Source of the DNA: an uncultured bacterium
GTDB lineage: Bacteria; Oederibacteriota; Oederibacteriia; Oederibacteriales; Oederibacteriaceae
DNA: 64,000 nt
Assembly: GCA_965112635.1 (NCBI GenBank)
Contig: OZ218778.1
Coordinates: 800,001 to 864,000, forward strand
Direction: 5' to 3'
Below the pieces are notes generated by a model that was given only the letters and a program-made list of their open reading frames with translations, made no database searches and was not told where the DNA came from. Of this stretch, positions 9,863 to 18,043 are shown piece after piece (position 1 is the first letter of the stretch; every line of letters starts with the position of its first letter). The translations under genes were made by a program, and so were the position numbers.

Positions 9863-12373
9863 ATGAAAGTCGTTCTGATGGTCGGCGGGTTTGGCACGCG
9901 GTTGCGTCCCCTGACCATAAACATCCCCAAACCCATGGTCCCCATGTGCAACAGGCCCCTTTTGTACCACACCCTGCACCTTTTGAAAAAGCATGACCTG
10001 ACCGACCTGACCGGAGTCGTTTATTACCAGCCCGAAGTCATAAAGAGTTATTTCAACGACGGCAAGGAGTTCGGGGTCAAGCTTGACTATGTCAATGCCG
10101 AGAGCGACCTCGGGACAGCCGGCAGCGTCAAGAACGCCGAAGCCACCCTCAAGGACACCTTTATGGTCATGAGCGGGGACGTCCTGACGGATTTCGACCT
10201 GAAGCGGGCCATCGAGTTCCACCGTGCCAAAAAAGCCATGGCCACCATGGTCCTGACGCACGTGGAGAACCCGCTGGCCTACGGCGTGGTCATCACGGAC
10301 AAGGAGCACCGCATCGTCCGTTTCCTAGAAAAGCCGAGCTGGGGCGAGGTCTTCAGCGACGCGGTCAACACCGGCATCTATATTCTGGAGCCCGAGATCT
10401 TTTCCCTCATCCCCAAAGGCAAGGAGTTCGACTTTTCGAGGAACCTCTACCCCCTGATGCTGGAGAAAAAGCTGCCCCTCTTCGGCTACATCGCCGAAGG
10501 GTACTGGAAGGACGTGGGCAACCTGCTGGAGTATAGGCTGGCCCACCGCGACATTTTAAAGGGCGAGGTGGAGATCAAGATCCCCGGCAGCCGCCAGGGA
10601 CGCATCGGCAAGGAGATTTGGGTGGACGAGGGCAGCAAGGTGGACGGCCAGGCCATGCTCAAGGAGTCGGTCGTCATCGGCAAGAACTGCCGCATCGCCA
10701 AGGACGTCAAGATCACCAACTGCGTCATCGGGGACAACTGCACCATCGACGAGGGCTCCATCCTGACCGAATGCATCCTGTGGAACAACGTGCGCATCGG
10801 CGCGGAAGCGGACTTGAAAGAGGACGTCATCGCCAGCGACAGCGAGATCAAGACCAAGGCCTACGTGGCGGTCGGGGTGGTCATCTCCGACCACTGCCAG
10901 ATCGGCTCGAGCGCCACGGTCAAGGCCGACGTCAAGATCTGGCCGCACAAGGTCGTGGAGGACGGCGCCACGCTGGCCACCAGCCTGGTCTGGGGCAGCA
11001 AATGGGCCCGGAACCTTTTTGACGCCTACGGGGTGAGCGGGCTGGCCAACATCGAGGTCACGCCGGAGTTCGCCTCCAAGCTGGGCGCCTCCTACGGGGC
11101 CTCGCTGGAAAAAGGGTCCTACGTGGTGTGCAGCCGCGATTCCCACAAGATCTCACGCATGATCGACCGGGCCTTCGTGTCCGGGGTCCTGTCCGCCGGG
11201 GTCAACGTCTATAACCTGCAGGTGATGCCCATCCCGGTGGCGCGCTACGCGGCCAAGAGCACCGAGAGCGTTGGCGGGGTCCACATCCGCAAGTCCCCCT
11301 ACAACCCCAACATGCTGGATTTCAAGTTCTTCGACGTGCAGGGCATGGACCTGAGCATCCTCAAAGAACGGAGCATCGAAGGGTATTTCCAGCGCGAGGA
11401 CTACCGCCGGGTCCCGGCCGACGAGGTGGGGACCCTCGGGTTCCCTTACCGGGGCATTGATTTTTACAAGGAGCAGTTCCTCAACTTCATCGCCAAGGAC
11501 GACATCAAGAAGAACGGCCTCAAGGTGGTCGTGGACTATTCGTTCGGCAGCGCCTCGACCATTTTCCCGTCCCTTTTAGGCGAGCTGGGCTGCGAGATCG
11601 TGAGCTTGAACGCTTACATGGACGAGACCAAACTGACCAAGAACAAGGACGAGTTCCAGCAGAGCCTGAAGCAGCTTTCCAACATCGTGGCCACCCTGGG
11701 CGCTAACCTGGGCGTGACCCTGGACGCCGGGGCCCAAAAGATCTTCGTGGTGGACGAGCTGGGCAACATCCTGGACGGCGATAAAGCCGTTGTTTTGATG
11801 TGTCTTTTGGCCCTCAGGGCCAAACCGGGCACGACCATTTCCGTGCCCATTTCCGCTTCCCGGGTGATCGAAAAAGTGGCCAGCGATTACGGCGGACAGG
11901 TCATCCGCTGCGGCACCACCTACCGGTCCATGATGGAGACCGTGGCCCAGAAAAAAGCCAACCTGGTCGCCGAGGCCAAGGGCGGATACATCTTTTCCGA
12001 GTTCCAGCCCGTGTTCGACGCCATGTATTCCTGCGTCAAATTGATGGAATTTTTGGTCCACGAGAAAAAACCCCTGTCGGAGCTCATCAAGCTCGTGCCG
12101 GATTTCAAGATCGTCCGCGACCATGTGGCCTGCGGGTTCGAGCGCAAAGGCGCCATCATGCGGCGCCTGGTGGAGGATGTCAAAGCCGACCGGCTGGAGC
12201 TTCTGGACGGGGTCAAGATCTGGCACAAGGACAGCTGGGTGCTGATCCTGCCGGACATGGACAAGTCGTTCTTCCACATCAACGCCGAGGGCGCCACCGT
12301 GGAAGAAGGCAAAAAGCTGGTCCACAAATACATCAAGCTCATCGAGGACTGGCAAAAGGATATGGATAAATAG
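9863..12373 (+). CDS. NDP-sugar (mannose-1-P guanylyl-type) pyrophosphorylase fused to hexapeptide repeats and a degenerate phosphohexomutase-like domain
   Basis: GGFGTRLRPLT..PKPMVP, LGTAG, FLEKP, NTGIY, YWKDVG; left-handed beta-helix repeats; C-terminal PGM/PMM-like region lacking the SHNP and DxDxD motifs. Confidence 0.88.
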   Translation: MKVVLMVGGFGTRLRPLTINIPKPMVPMCNRPLLYHTLHLLKKHDLTDLTGVVYYQPEVIKSYFNDGKEFGVKLDYVNAESDLGTAGSVKNAEATLKDTFMVMSGDVLTDFDLKRAIEFHRAKKAMATMVLTHVENPLAYGVVITDKEHRIVRFLEKPSWGEVFSDAVNTGIYILEPEIFSLIPKGKEFDFSRNLYPLMLEKKLPLFGYIAEGYWKDVGNLLEYRLAHRDILKGEVEIKIPGSRQGRIGKEIWVDEGSKVDGQAMLKESVVIGKNCRIAKDVKITNCVIGDNCTIDEGSILTECILWNNVRIGAEADLKEDVIASDSEIKTKAYVAVGVVISDHCQIGSSATVKADVKIWPHKVVEDGATLATSLVWGSKWARNLFDAYGVSGLANIEVTPEFASKLGASYGASLEKGSYVVCSRDSHKISRMIDRAFVSGVLSAGVNVYNLQVMPIPVARYAAKSTESVGGVHIRKSPYNPNMLDFKFFDVQGMDLSILKERSIEGYFQREDYRRVPADEVGTLGFPYRGIDFYKEQFLNFIAKDDIKKNGLKVVVDYSFGSASTIFPSLLGELGCEIVSLNAYMDETKLTKNKDEFQQSLKQLSNIVATLGANLGVTLDAGAQKIFVVDELGNILDGDKAVVLMCLLALRAKPGTTISVPISASRVIEKVASDYGGQVIRCGTTYRSMMETVAQKKANLVAEAKGGYIFSEFQPVFDAMYSCVKLMEFLVHEKKPLSELIKLVPDFKIVRDHVACGFERKGAIMRRLVEDVKADRLELLDGVKIWHKDSWVLILPDMDKSFFHINAEGATVEEGKKLVHKYIKLIEDWQKDMDK

Positions 12374-12386
12374 TCCTGCCGCTCTT

Positions 12387-13838
12387 TTGAAAGGAATAAC
12401 CTTGGGGGATATCAAATTCGGGACATCGGGCTGGCGGGCCATCATCGCCGAAGATTTCACCTATGACAACGTGGGCGTCTGCGCCCAGGCCGTGGCCGGG
12501 CATCTGAAGAAAAAAAAGACCGCAAAGCGCGGGGTGGTCATCGGCTATGACACGCGCTTCCTTTCCGAAAAGTTCGCGGAAAGAGTCGCCCTGGTTTTGG
12601 CCGGCAATAACATCCGTTGCTGGCTGTCTCCCAGTCCTGTGCCCACGCCGGTCTTGGCCTTTGAGGTCCTGCGGCGCCATGCCGGCGGAGCCGTCAACAT
12701 CACGGCCAGCCACAATCCTTCCGAATACAACGGCTTTAAATTCAATTCCGAATGGGGCGGGCCGGCCCTGCCCGAAGAAACCCGGGCTTTGGAACAACTC
12801 TGCCTGAAAATCAAAAAACACGGCACTGTCAAAATGGCCGATCCCCAACAAGCCCGGCACAAAGGCCTCATCCAGAAATTAGAGCCCAAAGAAATTTATT
12901 TTAAACGCCTAAAACAAATGGTGGACTGCTCAGCCATCAAAAAAGCCCGCTTGCGCATCGTGGTGGACCCGCTGTGGGGCGCCGGGATCGGCTACCTGGA
13001 CACATTCCTAAAAAATATCGGGTGCGAGATTAAGACCATCCATACCAACCGCGACGTGCTGTTCGGAGGCAAACATCCGGAGCCGGCTATGGAGCAGCTC
13101 CAGGCCGTCATCAAGGAGATGAAACCTTTCCGCGCCAGCTTAGGGTTGAGCACGGACGGTGACGCGGACCGTTTCGGCGTGGTGGACGCGGACCCAAAAG
13201 CCTTTGGCGCTTTTTTCACGCCCAACCAGGTCATCGGTCTTTTACTCAACCATTTGCTCAAGACCAGGGGCTGGCAAGGCCCGGCGGTGCGCTCCCTGGC
13301 CACCACCCACTGGATCGACGCCATCGCGGCAAAACGCGGGGTCGAGGTCATGGAGACCCCGGTGGGGTTCAAATTCGTCGGGGAAGCCATGCTGAAATAT
13401 AAAGGTACCATCGGCGGCGAGGAAAGCGGAGGCCTGACCATCCATGATTACATCCCGGAAAAAGACGGTATCTTGGCCTGTCTGCTCATGGCTGAAATGG
13501 TCGCGGTCAACAAAAAGAGCATCACCCGCATCTACGAGGAGCTCTGCGCAGAGGTCGGGCGCGTGTTTTCGGGCAGGATAAACCTCAAGCTCAAGCCGGG
13601 GGTCAAAGAAAAAGTCATCAATCTCCTGCAAAAAAAACCACCCCGGGAATTCGCGGGCATCCCGGTGGCCAGGGTCAACGCGTCGGACGGGTTCAAATTT
13701 TACTTACAGGACAAGAGCTGGGTCATGGTCAGGTTTTCCGGCACCGAGCCCTTGGTCAGGATCTACTGGGAGTCCTGGGACAAAAAAACCTATACCAGCC
13801 TGCAAAAATCAGTGGAGAAATTATTAAGGTCCGTGTAG
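12387..13838 (+). CDS. Phosphoglucomutase/phosphomannomutase family protein
   Basis: FGTSGWR, TASHNP, DGDADR, GEESGG, RFSGTEP all intact. Confidence 0.93.
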   Translation: MKGITLGDIKFGTSGWRAIIAEDFTYDNVGVCAQAVAGHLKKKKTAKRGVVIGYDTRFLSEKFAERVALVLAGNNIRCWLSPSPVPTPVLAFEVLRRHAGGAVNITASHNPSEYNGFKFNSEWGGPALPEETRALEQLCLKIKKHGTVKMADPQQARHKGLIQKLEPKEIYFKRLKQMVDCSAIKKARLRIVVDPLWGAGIGYLDTFLKNIGCEIKTIHTNRDVLFGGKHPEPAMEQLQAVIKEMKPFRASLGLSTDGDADRFGVVDADPKAFGAFFTPNQVIGLLLNHLLKTRGWQGPAVRSLATTHWIDAIAAKRGVEVMETPVGFKFVGEAMLKYKGTIGGEESGGLTIHDYIPEKDGILACLLMAEMVAVNKKSITRIYEELCAEVGRVFSGRINLKLKPGVKEKVINLLQKKPPREFAGIPVARVNASDGFKFYLQDKSWVMVRFSGTEPLVRIYWESWDKKTYTSLQKSVEKLLRSV

Positions 13839-13857
13839 ACGGACCGGAAAAGATGTC

Positions 13858-15006
13858 ATGAAGATCGTTGTTGCTCCAGGTCCTTTTAAAGGCAGTCTCA
13901 CTTCGACGCAGGCCGCTCAGGCCATGGCCATCGGGGTCAAAAGGGTGTTCCCGGCGGCTGAGGTGGTGCAGATCCCCATGTCGGACGGCGGAGGCGGGAC
14001 CACGGAGCTTTTGGTCAGGGCCACGGACGGGGAAATGCTGACCGCCGAGGTCACCGGGCCCTTGGGCGACAAGGTCAACGCCAGCTATGGCATCCTCGGG
14101 GACGGCGTCACGGCGGTCGTGGAGGTCGCCGCGGCTTCGGGATTTTCCCTTGTCCCGGCTGACCAGCGCAATCCTTTCCTCACCACCACCTACGGGACCG
14201 GCGAGCTCATCCGCCAGGCCCTGGACCAGGAACCCAAACGGCTCATCATCGGGCTGGGCGACAGCGCGACCTGCGACGGAGGGGCCGGGTGCATGCAGGC
14301 TTTGGGCGCCAAATTGCTGGACGCCTCCGGCCAAGAGGTCCCGGTGGGCGGCGGCCATCTGCAGGACATCAAAAAAATAGACCTCACGGATTTCGACCCG
14401 CGGCTAAAAAATACGGAGATTATCGTGGCCTGCGATTCTTTTTCGCCTCTCATAGGCCCCAAGGGTTCGGCCAGGATGTACGGCCCCCAAAAAGGCGCCA
14501 CCCCGGAGATGGTGGAGGTTTTGGAATCCGGACTGCAGCACTGGGCCAACCTGCTCTGGATCCTTTTCAAAAAAGAGACCCAGGACATGGAAGGCGCCGG
14601 GGCCGCGGGCGGGCTGGGCGCGAGCCTCACGACTTTTTGCGGGGCCAAGCTGACCCCGGGCGCCGGCGTGGTGCTGGAGTACGTGGGCTTCGAAAAAAAA
14701 GTCGAGGGAGCCACGCTGTGCATCACGGGCGAGGGCAAAATGGACGAACAGACCCTTTACGGCAAGGGCGCGTCGGCCGTGGCCGGCCTGGCCAAAAAAA
14801 ATAAGGTGCCGGTCGTGGCCGTGGCCGGAGCTCTGGACGCGCAGTCGGGCCTGCTCTATGAAAAAGGCATCGACGCCATGGTGAGCATCGTGCCCGGACC
14901 CATGGAACTCAAAGAAGCCATGGCCAATGCCGCCAACCTCATCGAAGACTCCACGGAGCGGCTTTTGAACTGGCTCTTGCTGGGGAACAAGATCTCGTTC
15001 AAATGA
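13858..15006 (+). CDS. glxK: Glycerate kinase (GlxK/GarK family)
   Basis: APGPFKGSL, SDGGGG, TTYGTGELI, SATCDGG, GAAGGLG, ITGEG..D.QT..GK. Confidence 0.9.
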   Translation: MKIVVAPGPFKGSLTSTQAAQAMAIGVKRVFPAAEVVQIPMSDGGGGTTELLVRATDGEMLTAEVTGPLGDKVNASYGILGDGVTAVVEVAAASGFSLVPADQRNPFLTTTYGTGELIRQALDQEPKRLIIGLGDSATCDGGAGCMQALGAKLLDASGQEVPVGGGHLQDIKKIDLTDFDPRLKNTEIIVACDSFSPLIGPKGSARMYGPQKGATPEMVEVLESGLQHWANLLWILFKKETQDMEGAGAAGGLGASLTTFCGAKLTPGAGVVLEYVGFEKKVEGATLCITGEGKMDEQTLYGKGASAVAGLAKKNKVPVVAVAGALDAQSGLLYEKGIDAMVSIVPGPMELKEAMANAANLIEDSTERLLNWLLLGNKISFK

Positions 15007-15584
15007 AGGGAACCATGAACGGCATACCACAACAGTTCTTTGAGCCAGGGTGCCTTTTCCAAGAAGAACAGCGCATCATCCCGACCAGAACTTTTCAGGC
15101 TATCCTGAACTGGCTGACCTGGATTATGATCGCCTTTCCTTTTATAGTTTTTATAATATTTCGTTTGTCCCATGCCGGGCTGATGTTCACCATAGGATGG
15201 TGCATCATTCCGGCTGTTGGCCTCAGCCTCCGGTATACCATCTTAAAAGCCCAGCTGACCACCAAAGTTTACAGCGACCGGCTGACATTTGAGTACTGGC
15301 CCTTTTACACCTGGCCCCGCTGGCTGTTGTTCGGCATTCCCCGGCCAGAGCTTAAAATGAAGGAAATCGCTGATTTTAAGGCCTTAAAATACAAGGCCTG
15401 GGTCACGGGCTGGGGCATCCATTATGGGCCCTACGGCGGCTGGGTATTCAATACTTCCGGCAATATGGGTGTGGCTATTGTCACGGACAAGGGTAAAAAA
15501 ATACTTATTGGTTCGCAAAAGCCGGAAGAACTTTTTGGCGCCTTGCAAAGGGCCAAGTCAAAAGTCTTGATCACTTCAGCTTAA
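15003..15584 (+). CDS. Small membrane protein with two TM helices and a PH-like C-terminal domain
   Basis: Two hydrophobic helices, GWGIH, KKILIGSQKPEEL; ATGA-coupled to glycerate kinase. Confidence 0.65.
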   Translation: MKGTMNGIPQQFFEPGCLFQEEQRIIPTRTFQAILNWLTWIMIAFPFIVFIIFRLSHAGLMFTIGWCIIPAVGLSLRYTILKAQLTTKVYSDRLTFEYWPFYTWPRWLLFGIPRPELKMKEIADFKALKYKAWVTGWGIHYGPYGGWVFNTSGNMGVAIVTDKGKKILIGSQKPEELFGALQRAKSKVLITSA

Positions 15585-15598
15585 AAAAAGGAGAAGCC

Positions 15599-17635
15599 AT
15601 GCGCCTGCATCTGGTTCCCAATTCACATATTGACCCGGTCTGGCTGTGGAACAAGTACGAGGGCATGGACGAAGTTTTGAACACCTTCCGCTCGGCCTGC
15701 AGCCGGCTGGATGAGTTCCCCGGCCTGACTTTTTCGGCCAGCTCCCTGCAGTTCTACGAGTGGGTCATAAAATACGACCAGGCACTTTTCAAGCGCATCC
15801 GGGGCTTTATAGACAAGGGCCGCTGGGAAGTGACCGGTGGGTGGTGGGTGGAAGCGGACACCAACATGCCTTTGGAAATAAGTTTCCTCAAGCACGCGGA
15901 GCTATCCGCCGAGTTCGCCAAAAAAAATCTCGGCGTACAGATAACGACCGCGTATGCGCCGGACACTTTTGGACACCCGGCGACCTTACCCAAAATTCTC
16001 GCTCAAACAGGATTTAAATATTTCATTTTTTGCCGGCCCGATGCCTGGGAGAAGCCGGACCTCCCGGCCAACCTGTTCCGCTGGGAGTACGAGGGAGCAA
16101 GCGTCCTGGCTTACCGCATCAAATACCATTACGCGCAGTGGGACGCGGACGAAGTTTTGCTGACCAAGCTGGGTGACGAGGAGTTCAAAAAGAATCCGGT
16201 CAACTGCTGGTTCTTCGGCATCGGCGACCACGGAGGCGGGCCGACCATCAAAGAAATAAAGTTCTGGGAAAAATATATTTTGGGACAGCCAAAGGGTGAC
16301 ACGGCCTTTTCTACCTGCCAGAAATTTTTTGAGGATGCGGAAAAGGTTCCCGGCATCCCTGCCTACAGCGGAGATCTGCACATGCACGCCATCGGATGCT
16401 ATTCGGTGATGGGAGAGGTCAAAACAGCCATGCGCGATACCGAGCTCGCTCTTGCTCATGCTTCCCGCGCTTTAAAAATGGACGGGAAGACGGACACCTG
16501 TCTGGAGGACGCGTGGAAGACCACGCTCTTTAACCAGTTCCACGACATCCTGCCGGGCTCATGCACCTATGAAGCCGCGGCTAATGCCCGGGCAGAGCTT
16601 CAGGGCGTAAAGGGTTTATGCCAGGACACGGCTTATAGTTATCTCAAAACTATTTCGCTGCAGACAAAACCGAAGATCAAAGAAGGAGAGTTCAGGATTT
16701 TTAACACGCTCCCCTACGAGGTCAAAGTCCCCCTGGCTGTGGAGTCTTTGGTTTATTTCCGGGAGAACGCGGCTTTTAAAGACGGGCAGGGCCAGCTCGT
16801 GGAGCTCCAGGAAATTTTGCCGGAGACCCGGACAGGCACCCGCAAATGGGAATTTGTGGGGACAATCCCGGCCAAAAGCTTCAGCACTTACTATTTTGAC
16901 AACGACACGACCGTCGCCAGGGCCGCTTCACCACATTTCCAGCCCGTGCAGGTGAACTCCACGGCCGTTTTGGCCCACCGGCTGGGGTCTTTGGTCCAAT
17001 TCGCGGTTTTAGGGGACATTTCCGACACCTGGGGTCACGGCCAGAGCAAATATGACTCGGTCGAGGGTTTTTTCAGACTGGATTCCTCCAGCGTCCTTTT
17101 GGGGCCGGTCACCAACAAGCTTTTTCAGCGCTGGTCCTACGGCTGCTCCAGCCTGGACATCGTTTACTCCACCTATCCGGGCCTAACCGGCATTTACGCG
17201 GATATCCGGGCTATCTGGGCTGAGCGCCGGAAGATCCTCAAAATGGAAATACACCCCGCCCTAGGCGTTTCCGAGCCCGGGGCGGCCAGGCAGTGCGCTG
17301 GAGGGAGCGTCCTGCGGCCCCTGGACGGCCTGGAACTGCCCCTGCACCACTGGGTTTGGAAGCCTGCGGGCCCCTCAGGCCTGGCTGTGGTCCAAAAAGG
17401 GGCTTTTAGCTTCGACTGCCTTCCGGAACGGCTTCGCCTCACCCTCATCCGCTCCAGTTTTTACGGCTATGACCGGGGCGTCAAACTTGACCCCAGCGAC
17501 CCCCAGATGGACACGGACCAGGGCCGACATGATTTCCGGATTTTGATCCTTTCCGGTCAAAAACTGGACCCGGCCTTCCTGGACCGGGCCAGCGAAGTGT
17601 TTTTGGAGCCCTTCACCCTCATCCGGGAGTCCTAG
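15599..17635 (+). CDS. Glycoside hydrolase family 38 (alpha-mannosidase-like), cytoplasmic
   Basis: NSHIDPVWLW, GGWWVEAD, PDTFGH nucleophile motif, GDHGGGP, NQFHDILPGS; no signal peptide. Confidence 0.88.
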   Translation: MRLHLVPNSHIDPVWLWNKYEGMDEVLNTFRSACSRLDEFPGLTFSASSLQFYEWVIKYDQALFKRIRGFIDKGRWEVTGGWWVEADTNMPLEISFLKHAELSAEFAKKNLGVQITTAYAPDTFGHPATLPKILAQTGFKYFIFCRPDAWEKPDLPANLFRWEYEGASVLAYRIKYHYAQWDADEVLLTKLGDEEFKKNPVNCWFFGIGDHGGGPTIKEIKFWEKYILGQPKGDTAFSTCQKFFEDAEKVPGIPAYSGDLHMHAIGCYSVMGEVKTAMRDTELALAHASRALKMDGKTDTCLEDAWKTTLFNQFHDILPGSCTYEAAANARAELQGVKGLCQDTAYSYLKTISLQTKPKIKEGEFRIFNTLPYEVKVPLAVESLVYFRENAAFKDGQGQLVELQEILPETRTGTRKWEFVGTIPAKSFSTYYFDNDTTVARAASPHFQPVQVNSTAVLAHRLGSLVQFAVLGDISDTWGHGQSKYDSVEGFFRLDSSSVLLGPVTNKLFQRWSYGCSSLDIVYSTYPGLTGIYADIRAIWAERRKILKMEIHPALGVSEPGAARQCAGGSVLRPLDGLELPLHHWVWKPAGPSGLAVVQKGAFSFDCLPERLRLTLIRSSFYGYDRGVKLDPSDPQMDTDQGRHDFRILILSGQKLDPAFLDRASEVFLEPFTLIRES

Positions 17636-18043
17636 GCCGCTCGGCCAGCCTCCCTGGCGCTTGTTCATAGTTGGGGTAAAAAATGAACGAGCATAATTTA
17701 GGTTGGGGTATAAATCAACTTATTTTCCAAGCACAACATAAGCACACTTAATTTAGGGTATAAGTTAGTGTATTAGCTACTTGGGTAGACTTTCTGACCT
17801 TGAGAGTATAAGTGGCAGTATTAGTAATCGGTTCGCTAGGCCAGAAATAACGCAGACAACCCAGTTGGGGGGCTGAAATTTTAACTCTTGTAAATTCATT
17901 TAAATTATTAAATTTTACAAATTAATCTATGTAATTAAAGGAATTAGCCAAAAATAATGAGTGGAATTACCGAAATTTTTTTTACTCCCAATTTAACTAA
18001 AAGGGGGTAAACTTAGTTCAACCATGGGTTAAGGGAGGCTGGT

